NCBI RefSeq assembly: GCF_009914755.1
Contig: NC_060939.1
From: the human T2T-CHM13v2.0 reference genome, Homo sapiens
Reading direction: 5' to 3' (one strand)
DNA: 64,000 bases
Shown: positions 12,400 to 27,584 of the stretch, piece by piece
Position numbering within the stretch: position 1 is the first letter of the stretch
How the letters are laid out: each line of letters starts with the position of its first letter
Notes under the pieces: model-generated
What the model was told of the DNA's origin: nothing
Databases searched by the model: none
What the model saw: only the letters and a program-made list of their open reading frames with translations
Translations under genes and position numbers: made by a program

Positions 12400-12810
12400 T
12401 TTTTATTCTTTGTACCTAATTTCTTTTGTGTTAATGAGTTAAATAGAAGCTCTAGTACAATGTTGACCACTAGGAGTTATGCCTTGCTCCTCACTTCAGT
12501 AGAATAGCTTCTAAACTAGTGTCACCATTAATCATGAGATGCTCTGTGGTAGACACCTTTTATTATGTTATGTTCCCTTCTATTAATAGAATAGTACTGA
12601 CTGTGCATTATATTTTCTTCGAGATTTTTGTGACCCTATTGAAATAAGAATATGGTTCTCTTTAAATCTTAGTCTAATGTACTTGTGCATATTATCTGAT
12701 ACCTAACTTTCTTTGCACATTCACAGTACGCTTTATTCAGTTTTGATGTATTATCTATCATAAATACTAGTAACAATCTAAGATTTTTTGTACATATGTT
12801 TATAGAAATA
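12400..12810 (-). mobile_element. Ancient L1M ORF2 fragment
   Basis: CTCTAGTACAATGTTGA..GCCTTGCTCCT resembles the antisense L1 RT region (FNIVLE / QGC). Confidence 0.5.
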
Positions 12811-14759
12811 TTTTATAGATCTGAAGTTTGAGAGACTACAAAAGAAGGGATGCTACTCAAATTTAAGTAACAGAACCATGTCTTTAAAATGAGTATGAAC
12901 TTGATATAAAGACTGAATGTAAAGATTTCATGGTAAAAGTTACCTATCAAACCATTTGAACCTAGTGGGATATTGTTTGCTTGCTATGATCCTACCCCTA
13001 CCCCATCCCATACCAACATGTCTCCTATAACCAAAAAGCAGAGTCTTGGTTATTGCTGGTTTCTCATGCCTAAAAGAGTGCCTAGCATATAAGACTCTCA
13101 AATATATACATTAATATTTATTATTATTGGTAAGTTCCATTTTTCTACATACCAGAAAATTATCAAGACATGGGAATAAATTATGCCAGTAGATTTGAAA
13201 ACATAGATGACAGGGACAAACTTGTTCACTATATTTTCATGATGGAGCATCATCTCAATCGTGTTATCCTTTTTCATTTTCATTTAGCTAGAAGTTGGTC
13301 ACTTGAAAAACAAAGCGAAGGCACAAGTAATAAAACCATTTGTAAATTGGTTCTTAATATTTCTTAGTAGTTTCTTACATTTTAAATGCATTACATCTAA
13401 GTTTTAATTTTGAAAATAAGTTCACTTTTAAATATTTGAAAACATTAAAAAATCTCAGACTACAAAAACCCTACCTGCATAAATTAGAAGAAAGGAAGAA
13501 ATAAAAACAAAAAGAAGCAGAAATCAGTTGAATGAGTTTTTCTTTGTTGGCCATCCGTAGTTATTTCAAAGTCTTTGCAAAGAACAAAAAAGTTACAAAA
13601 GCAGACTTGTAGGATACCAGAATTTTAAAAACCCTATAGGTTACAGCACTTATTTTATTCATGAATATTTCAGTGTGTGCTTCTGAGAGTTGATTTATTA
13701 GATTTGCTTCAAAATAATATTGGACTAGGGAAGTAAGTGGGGTATAGATGAAACAAAATTGTCTGAATTAGTAAATGAGGCTGTGTGATGAGTACATGGG
13801 GGTTCATTAAACATAAAAGGAGGCAAAATAATATAAGATTTTTGAAATTGTGGAAAATTGCATCAACTTACTTAATTGCATTGCAGTCAGACCATGGTCT
13901 ATATATCAACTTGAAAACCAAAAATGTTTTATATATGTGAATAAAAATAATACATATATATATATGAATCAAATTATTCTTAGTTGCAATGTTATAGATA
14001 TTTTTATTGGAATAAATTGTTAACAGTTCAAATCCTGTACTTACCAATTTATTTAGGAGAACTATAATATAAATCTAAAGAAAAATTGACAAATGTACAG
14101 TCATAATGAAATCTTCTACCAGTGTTTGCTTTATACTGAGGTTTTGTTATATGCACACAAATTCATAGTACATTTTCCATTAGTAAAAATGCATTGTTGG
14201 AGATAAACACTGCATATTGATTGATACACAACTACTCAATCTTATGTGAATATTTGACATTGGCATTTTTAAATTTAGTATTTGCTAGGTGTATCTCTTC
14301 CTAATCAGCTTATAACAATTTCTTTTAAAGAGCCAGTCAGATTATCTGTCTTTTAAAGGCGTGTTTAATCATTGCATTTGGTGATTCTACTGTTGTATGG
14401 ATTTTAAGACCTTTTTGTCTCTCCTAATTCTTTTCTTGACTTCTTGGATTGATTGGATCTCTATTCTCTTTTTCCCTTTTCTAGTTCGGAATTTATTGAT
14501 TGTATATGTAGTATTTTAGTGCTCACCTTGATGTGTTTACATGAATATTGACCTAGAGGAAAATTGATCTTAGACTTTGCATTGTTCAGGAGGAAGAGAA
14601 AGATAGAAAAAAGTCTAATACATCTCAGCCTTCATCTTCCATGTTCTTGCTGATATTGTAGTTCTATATTGCTTGGATTCCTGGTCATACACCTGTTATG
14701 TCATACACCAGTTTCATCCTCTCCAAGTCACCTGTCTTCTATCAACTATAGCTATAGCA

Positions 14760-15520
14760 ACTAGCTCTTCATTAACATCTTGCCTTCCATCCTGGGACCT
14801 TCTTGGAGCCCTCACATATTCATGCTGGGAGAGCAGAGAGTTAACACTCTGCAGGGCAAACCTTTGCCCATTCCCACTGGTAAAACATTTACCCACTGGC
14901 TCCCCTTTGTTCCTCCACCCATGCAATATCCCTGGGCACATTTCACATGGCACTTTAGGAAAAGTCTTATGGGCTTCGGCCATCAGTCATGTGCTTATAC
15001 TGGTCTTTCTCTCCTTTTCTGCTTCATTCCCTTTGTCACTCACTTTTGCTCTCTAGGATCATCCTTCCAATAAAATTGTAGCATCTGAGTCTCCTATCTT
15101 AAGCTCTTTAATAGGTAAAGCTTAGGTCCCTGAGATCTGAGATGAAGACTCTGGGATCAATGAGCCTAGGAAGATTAAAACCCTGGACGAGCAGACCTTG
15201 TTAAAGTCCCACTTTATAACTTCAGATGCACCTCTAAATTCAGCCAGAACTGTGGTGAAGTTTCCATGTACAATGACAGCTTACCATTTCAGTACCTGTA
15301 TCTCTTTGCTTCTCTGCCTGAAGGGTTTCTTTAGTACCTCTGAAGTTGGTTTAAACCCATGTGCAGAGCAGCCAAGAAATGCTGGTGCTAAATGCTCCTG
15401 GGATAACCTTCATCAATGAGAAATGGGAGTGGGTAGATAAACACAGAAGCTTTCCTGTACCTTGGGTGGACCATTAGGGCATATCCTACAAGGATGCCTA
15501 AAGCAGAATGAATACCTGGT
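14760..15520 (+). mobile_element. LTR33-like ERVL LTR remnants
   Basis: Pyrimidine-rich R/U5-like block ending CCTTCCAATAAAATTGTAGCATCTGAGTC (~15065-15090), then a second LTR33-like block at 15200-15500; highly diverged. Confidence 0.45.
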
Positions 15521-15544
15521 TGATAAACACAGGGGAGAACAGGC

Positions 15545-15660
15545 TCAATAAGGGAGAATTTATGGACTCAGAGTCTCTCATTTGTGGCTTAGAAGTCAAT
15601 GTACTGGCAAGGACACATGCAGCTAGTCCTAAGAGTCTGTTTGAATGACTCCTTTAAGTT
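15545..15660 (+). mobile_element. ERVL gag relic
   Basis: GGAGAATTTATGGACTCAGAGTCTCTC..AATGTACTGGCAAGG..CTGTTTGAATGACTC resembles ERVL Gag EFID.G.L...FN.LA...L..WL. Confidence 0.4.
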
Positions 15661-15958
15661 TCCTTTTACGTGGGTTCTCTTGGATGTTTCATGCAATGAT
15701 GTCCAAGAAATGCAAGGCAGGAAAGAACGCCATGAGATGCAGTAAACGTGCACCTGTGCTAAAGTGGGGGTAGCCCATACGGAAGTGTTATTAGGGGCTA
15801 GAATGAGAGGTGAGGCTGAAAGAATTCTAAAGGATCTGAAGTGATGTAGGAGAGGTGCTCCACATAATAGGGATTTTCTTTCTAAGGTATTTTGTAGAGT
15901 CCTATACCAACAGTTTGAGCTTTAGTATGAGGAATTAAATTTGTTTTAAAATAAATTA

Positions 15959-16243
<285 letters not shown>

Positions 16244-16269
<26 letters not shown>

Positions 16270-16747
16270 CAACAACATTATTTTGTGGAACAGTTTTAGA
16301 ATTACGGGAGATTTGTAATAGGAACAGTTCCGGTCTACAGCTCCCAGCGTGAGCGATGCAGAAGAAGGGTGATTTCTGCATTTCCATCTGAGGTACCGGG
16401 TTCATCTCACTGGGGAGTGCCAGACAGTGGGTGCAGGTCAGTGGGTGCAGCGCACTGTGTGCAAGCCAAAGCAGGGCGAGGCGTTGCCTCACTTGGGAAG
16501 CGCAAGGGGTCAGGGAGTTCCCTTTCCTAGTCAAAGAAAGGGGTGACAGACAGCACCTGGAAAATCGGGTCACTCCCACCCGAATACTGCGCTTTTCTGA
16601 TGGGCTTAAAAAATGGCGCACCAGGAGATTATATCCCGCACCTGGCTCGGAGGGTCCTATGCCCACGGAGTCTTGCTGATTGCTAGCACAGCAGTCTGAG
16701 ATCAAACTGCAAGGCGGCAGCGAGGCTGGGGAAGGGGCGCCTGCCAT
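16244..16747 (-). CDS. ORF0: LINE-1 ORF0 (antisense), open and extended to 167 codons
   Basis: ATG at 16747 gives [36 protein letters not shown]..., matching the ORF0 N-terminus; no stop until 16244 in the upstream Alu. Expression unknown. Confidence 0.55.
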
Positions 16748-17323
16748 TGCCCAGGCTTGCTTAGGTAAACAAAGCAGCCAGGAAGCTCGAACTGGGTGGA
16801 GCCCACCACAGCTCAAGGAGGCCTGCCTGCCTCTGTAGGCTCCACCTCTGGGGGCAGGGCACAGACAAACAAAAAGACAGCAGTAACCTCTGCAGACTTA
16901 AATGTCCCTGTCTGACAGCTTTGAAGAGAGCAGTTGTTCTCCCAGCATGCAGCTGAAGATCTGAGAACGGGCAGACTGCCTCCTCTAGTGGGTCCCTGAC
17001 CCCTGAGCAGTGTAACTGGGAGGCACCCCCCAGTAGGGGCAGACTGACACCTCACGCGGCTGGGTACTCCTCTGAGACAAAACTTCCAGAGGAACAATCA
17101 GACAGCAGCATTCACGGTTCACAAAAAACCACTGTTTTGCAGACACCGCTGCTGATACCCAGGAAAACAGGGTCTGGAGTGGACCTCTAGTAAACTCCAA
17201 CAGACCTGCAGCTGAGGGTCCTTTCTGTTAGAAGGAAAACTAACAAACAGAAAGGACATCCACACCAAAAACCCATCTGTACATCACCATTATCAAAGAC
17301 CAAAAGTAGATAAAACCACAAAG

Positions 17324-18337
17324 ATGGGGAAAAAACAGAGCAGAAAAACTGGAAACTCTAAACAGCAGAGCACCTCTCCTCCTCCAAAGGATTGTAGTTC
17401 CTCACCAGCAATGGAACAAAGCTGGATGGAGAATGACTTTGACGAGTTGAGAGAAGAAGGCTTCTGACGATCAAACTACGAGCTACAGGAGGAAATTCAA
17501 ACCAAAGGCAAAGAAGTTAAAAACTTTGAAAAAAATTTAGACAAATGTATAACTAGAATAACCAATACAGAGAAGTGCTTAAAGGAGCTGATGGAGCTGA
17601 AAGCCAAGGCTTGAGAACTATGTGAAGAATGCAGAAGCCTCAGGAGCCAATGCGATCAACTGGAAGAAAGGGTATCAGCAATGGAAGATGAAATGAATGA
17701 AATGAAGTGAGAAGGGAAGTTTAGAGAAAAAAGAATAAAAAGAAATGAACAAAGCCTCCAAGAAATATGGGACTATGTGAAAAGACCAAATCTACGTCTG
17801 ATTGGTGTACCTGAAAGTGACGGGGAGAATGAAACCAAGTTGGAAAACACTCTGCAGGATATTATCCAGGAGAACTTCCCCAACCTAGCAAGGCAGGCCA
17901 ACATTCAGATTCAAGAAATACAGAGAATGCCACAAAGATACTCCTCGAGAAGAGCAACTCCAAGACACATAATTGTCAGATTCACCAAAGTTGAAATGAA
18001 GGAAAAAATGTTAAGGGCAGCCAGAGAGAAAGGTCAGGTTACCCACAAAGGGAAGCCCATCAGACTAACAGCGGATCTCTCTGCAGAAACTCTACAAGCC
18101 AGAAGACAGTGGGGGCCAATATTCAACATTCTTAAAGAAAAGAATTTTCAACCCAGAATTTCATATCCAGCCAAACTAAGCTTCATAAGTGAAGGAGAAA
18201 GAAAATACTTTACAGACAAGCAAATGCTGAGAGATTTTGTCCCCACCAGGCCTGCCTTACAAGAGCTCCTGAAGGAAGCACTAAACATGGAAAGGAACAA
18301 CCGGTACCAGCTGCTGCAAAATCATGCCAAAATGTAA
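17324..18337 (+). pseudogene. L1 ORF1p (RNA-binding protein), disrupted
   Basis: ATGGGGAAAAAACAGAGC start; in-frame TGA at 17465 and more TGA stops; only the C-terminal 186 aa (..KRPNLRLIGVPE..QNHAKM) are open. Confidence 0.92.
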
Positions 18338-18400
18338 AGACCATCAAGACTAGGAAGAAATGGCATCAACTAATGAGCAAAATAACCAGCTAACATCATA

Positions 18401-22216
<3,816 letters not shown>

Positions 22217-22436
22217 ACAATGAGAACACATGGACACAGGAAGGGGAACATCACACTCTGGGGACTGTTGTGGGGTTGGGGGAGGGGGGAGGGATAGCAT
22301 TGGGAGATATACCTAATGCTAGATGACGAGTTAGTGGGTGCAGAGCACCAGCATGGCACATGTATACATATGTAACCTGCACATTGTGCACATGTACCCT
22401 AAAACTTAAAGTATAATAATAAAAAAAAAGAAAAAG

Positions 22437-23960
22437 AGGTATTACAAAGTGTTCTCATACATCTTGTACCCAGTTTCCCTTACTACTAATATATTACATC
22501 TGATAAGTATGGTATGTATAATTCATGAGCTAAAATTGATCTATTAATTAGTTTATTCAGATTTTCATAGTTTTTAACCTAATGTTTTCACTCTCCCCCT
22601 GCCCTAGATTCCATCAAGGATACCACATTACATTTTATTTCTGTGTGTTCTTAGATTTCTCTTGGCTAAAACGGTTTCTTAGAGTTTTCTTGTTTTTGAT
22701 GACCTTGACAGTTTTGAGGAGTACTGGTCAGATGTTTTCTAGTGTGTCCTTTAATTGAGATTTGTCTGATGTTTAGCTGATGATTAGACTGAGGTTAAGG
22801 AGTTTGGGGAGGAAGACGAGAGGTAAAGTGTCATTTTCATCACATCATATAAAAAGCATATGCTATCAACATGACTTATTGATAGGGATAGGAGGCAGAG
22901 AAATTCTAGGCAGAAAAGAGTGGGCCCCTGGTGAAGCCCTATCCTCAAGACAAAAAGCCTCAGACCATGGCCTGAAGTGAGAACTTACATCCCTGTTTTC
23001 CTGCTTAAATGCTGCCTTTTCCACAACCACCCATGGACCAACCCTGCCCCACCATTCTGTGCCTATAAAAACCCCAGGCTCAGCTGGCAGAGAGAGGTGA
23101 AGCAGCTGGACATTGAGATGACTAAGGGTTGATGTCAAAGAGAAGCACTTTGACTTCAGAGGGATAGCTTGACAACTTTGGAGAAGAATCTGGCCGGAGA
23201 TGGCCAGACTTCAGGGGAAGATTACCTTCCCGCCTCATGCCCTTTTCAGCTCCCTTTCCCACTGAGAGCCACCTCCATTAGCAATAAAATTCCCCACATT
23301 TTCATCCTTCAGTTTGTTCACACAACCTCATTTCTCCTGGGCGCCAGACAAGAACTTGGCAACCATGAGTGCAGGTGCAAAAGTCTGTCACACTGACCCT
23401 TTCCCCTTACTGGCAGAAGGCAGCTGCCTTATGCAAAAAGGCAGAGGGTCCACTGAGCTGTTAACATTTAAGCCATCCATGGATAGTAGTGCTAAAAGAG
23501 CGCTATAACACTCCCTCTGGGGCTTCAGGGGTCACGGGCACCCCCCTTTCCCCCAGACATTGCTGCAGGGGCTGCACAGAGTTGGCTGCTGCCAGCACCC
23601 AAAAGTGCTTGTCCCAGCTCCTGCACCTGCTCACCTGCATGCTCCCTCCTGCAAGGGGTGGAGCACAGCAGGTCCCAGTGAGTGGAGTTCACCTCTGTCA
23701 GTGCCAAAGTGGCTGGCTAGTTCCTGTGCCCGTGCACTCCAGTTCCTGCTTCATTTGCTTGCATGTTCCCTCCCACAAGGAGTTGAGAGCTGTGGGCTGA
23801 GTAAATGAGGCACTTCCTTTGTGAGTTCTGCAGTGGAGTCAGGGAAATATCTTGCTTCATTATCATTATTGATGTTGATCTTGATTACCTGGCTGAGATC
23901 TTGTTTATCAGGTTTCTCCACTGTAAAGTTACTATTTCTCTCCTTTTAGACTCTGTCTTC
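22437..23960 (-). mobile_element. Ancient L1MC/L1ME 3' end (host of the Alu, L1PA3 and ERV1 LTR)
   Basis: ACCCAGTTTCCC..GATACCACATTACATTT..GATGACCTTGACAGTTTTGAGGAGTACTGGTCAG..ATCAACATGACTTAT|CATT..CTCCACTGTAAAGTTACT. It continues left at ~15940-15962 and 16278-16316. Confidence 0.75.
22880..23859 (+). mobile_element. ERV1 (MER4-group) solo LTR, LTR27/LTR28/MER50-like
   Basis: TGATAGGG..GAGGCAGAGAAATTCTAGGCAG start and TCA end; TATAAAA ~23065; AATAAA ~23283; 4-bp TSD TTAT at 22876-22879 and 23860-23863. Confidence 0.88.
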
Positions 23961-25152
23961 AGGAAAATGGAATCTAAGATACATGCCTGTTCAGTGATTT
24001 TATCATGCAATCTGCTACTTCAAATTATAGCTGGTCTAATAAAAATTAATTTATAAATTTGTCTTGCTCAAATTACTACAGATACTGTCCTCATTATTAT
24101 AGATGAGATTGTTAAAGTCTAGAAAGTTTGGTCAGCTTATTTTAGGATATATCTAGTGAAGACAGTGTGGGAGAATGGAAAAGTAGAGTGTTCTATCTCG
24201 GAGGCTAGAGCCTTTTCTTTTATATCACATGAGTAGAGCTAAGCCAGGAATTGAATATACAAGGAAATTGATCCTACTTGTCAGTAATAATTTTAAAAAT
24301 TTCTCTTATAATCTTGTTTTTAGTGACATCTTTAGCTGACTGGGATTTGTAGAAAACCAATATTCTAGCACATTCAGTTTTGGAATTCTCAGAGATCAAT
24401 TATTTGTTATGAGATGACATAAGACCTTGTTACATTTCAGGGCTCTTTGGAATGTTATCACTATTAATATGTATGGACTAAACTGTACAATGGTTCAATC
24501 AGTTCATGTGTACTAGTAATCTTTAATAAGTTTGTATTATAATACAGCCAACATTTTTACATTCAGAAAATAATTTTCCACACTACATGAAATTATAGAA
24601 ATGTAGGATATGGATGGCTAGATCTTTCTATTCTGCTATTTTTGTGGCAAGGTATGCTGGGGGTACTGGTGAAAAATTCTACCTAACCTACATGAATTTT
24701 TACTATAGATACGGAAGCTAGAGCTCTTAAGAAATAGGCCAAAAGGCTCCAATAAGCTAATAGCACTATGAAGGATTCATTATTACTAAGTGTGCTAGCA
24801 CCATAGGCTATATCATACTAAATGATATAATTCATAGATTCTTTTAGTTTAGATTCTAAAGGACTAAATGGGGATAAAGTGGCCTTACATTTCCTCACAG
24901 GTCATCTTGTATCTTCCCATTCTAATCTTCACTGATATTATTGTGGCCGATTTCTCATGCCTGGACATTATATACTTATTAATCTGTCTCACTCCCATAT
25001 ATAAGTTATTCTATACTATGTTGTGTTAAATTTGGTAAGACACTCCTTTTATCAATGATGTCATCTTCTTAAACCTTTGGTCTCTTGTTTTGGGGATAGA
25101 AGAGATGATCATCTGGTCCCAGCCTCTTCCTGCTTATACTCCACAGACAGTT

Positions 25153-25203
25153 TCCACCAGGTAGCTGCATCCACCAGGTAGCTGTATCCACCAGGTAGCT
25201 GTA
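25153..25203 (+). repeat. 3 x 17-bp tandem repeat TCCACCAGGTAGCTG(C/T)A
   Basis: Units at 25153, 25170 and 25187, with one mismatch. Confidence 0.92.
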
Positions 25204-25610
25204 TTTATTTCTCAGAATACTCTTGAGTATTTTCAGCTTTGCCTTCACTTATAAAATCACCCTACCTGCCTCTAAATGGATGCTATACATTTCCCCCAGC
25301 CTTTTCAAGGGTCCTACTTCTAAAGTCTTTCCTAAAATTGTTTGCAGTGATTTCCCTTTATTCTAAAACTAAATAAAAGTGGCCTCTACTACATATTTTA
25401 CAATTCAATATTGCTAATAGCTAAGTAGGTCCATATTGATCTTTTGCTCCCACTACTCTATATTAGTTAGGAAACATCTAACTTCATTACTATGGCATAG
25501 GGAAACAATGTTTCTCCTTACCAGCTCTCCTTCAATTACGTACAGCTTTAAAAAGATCATGCCTGAACACCAATGAGTTCCTCAGAAGAAAACTGTTTTG
25601 AAGAATCACT

Positions 25611-25905
<295 letters not shown>

Positions 25906-26147
25906 TCACCTAATAATTTTCCATTTTGAATAGATATGCATGGATAATAATGAATATCTGTTGGTTTCATAAAGAGTACATATGAATATATAAAGGTTAT
26001 AGTCCCAATCAGGATTAAGAAATAATTTCAGTTAAGAAGATTCACATATATTTCAGCTTGCATACAGACATGACATACTTGTCTTAGACTACAAGTTCAA
26101 ATTTTTGGAAACTTGAAAATAAATTACTCTCAGATATATATTGAGCA

Positions 26148-26585
26148 GTGTGGTGAGTACTGTCATATGTTGCTCAGATCCTCCTCCAGTAATGAAAGAC
26201 CAACTTCTCAAGCTGTGGAGATTGCTGTGGGTGTAGAGTCCTCTGCTGTCAGCCTTCTTGAGGAATCCCAGAGAGGCAGAGTTGTGGCTTATTAAAAGTC
26301 ATGCCTCTTTCCTGGATAGACTGCATCCAATAAATTATTGTCCAGGAATATAAAAAGGCCCAATCTTCTTGTTCCAGCTCTGGGCAGCTTTGCAGAATAA
26401 TTTTATCTTTAGATCTTCCCACAGGGCTGGCTGTGATATTAGACCCAGACGGCATTGTAGCTTGACTTCTCCTTCTGCTTAGTTCCAGTTGCTTCCCTTC
26501 CACACTTGAGGATCCCAAAAGTACTCCCCAATAAACCTTCTGTCTGCTAATTTCCATCTCAGAATCTGTTGCAGGTTGGATTCCC
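26148..26585 (+). mobile_element. LTR16-family ERVL solo LTR
   Basis: Same family as 6475-6870 in sense orientation: CTGCATCCAAT..TATAAAAAGGCC..GATCCCAAAAGTACTCCCCAATAAACC..CCATCTCAGAATCTG. Confidence 0.75.
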
Positions 26586-27584
26586 AGAAAGAAATGCGAT
26601 GAACGCTGCGATGTTACCCTTTTGCTTCAGTTATTACCTTCTCTTAAAAAAATGCAACCCTCTTATCCTATGAAGTAGGACACAGGGAGACAAAAGGGAG
26701 GCATAACCTGAATTTGAACCTAGGAATGCAGTGTGACCTGGAGAATACTAGATTTGAGCCTGTAAGATACATATAATAAATTAGTGGCCGTTATGTTTCT
26801 GGTCACATAGTGGTAATATCCATGTCTCCCTTCCGCATTTGACAATTCTTAAGGAAGATTTATCCCCATTTTACAATTAACCAAGCCATTGTAAAGTTTC
26901 TGAATTCTTTGATAGAGAACTTATATGCCAAGGCTATGGCTGCTTACCTGACTAGCAGGGAAAAATCGGTCAATCACTTTCCTAGAAATTGATTGCCCTA
27001 GCAGATTGTGGGCCTGGAGAGCAAGGGCAGTATAGTAGTATTTGAAAAGCATGCTCACAGAGTGGGGGGCCATCAGTCTAGATGGGGTTAAGTGCATTCT
27101 CTACTTCCCTTACTATCCCACTGTGCATGGTAAAGGGGAGAACTGATCTTTTGTCCTTTTGTATAGATAAATGGTTGAATTTGCTCAAAGTTCTGAAAAA
27201 GGACCCAGCAGGCATGTATAAAACAGAAGAAAGAGAACATGGAAAACAGAACTTGACTTGTAAATTCATCCTAAACTAGCCCACTGAGGCTCTTGGGTTC
27301 TCAGACGACTTGAACTCAGGAATGAAATGCTATCCCCACCCCTAACAAAACCTCACTTAAGTGACCAGAGATGAAAATAAGAAAAAATCCTGTATTAGCA
27401 TTAGAAGGTAAAAAGAATACTACAACATCTAGTGCATTCCTTGAAGTTGTTGACATCATGTAACAAGTGAGATGAGAAAGAAGTCAAGAGTATCCACTGT
27501 CTTGTTGCAGATTAATATCAATAGGAATATACCTATAAAATAAGTATACCTCAAAATAATAATAGGAATATACCTATAAAATAA

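Noticed and set aside
14673-15073. 127-aa ORF and overlapping ORFs
   Set aside because: They fall in an LTR33-like remnant and have no protein motif.
22259-22293. G-rich quadruplex-like tract
   Set aside because: Standard L1 3'UTR polypurine tract, not locus-specific.
25153-25203. CRISPR-like repeat array
   Set aside because: The units are adjacent with no spacers, there are no cas genes, and the context is primate DNA.
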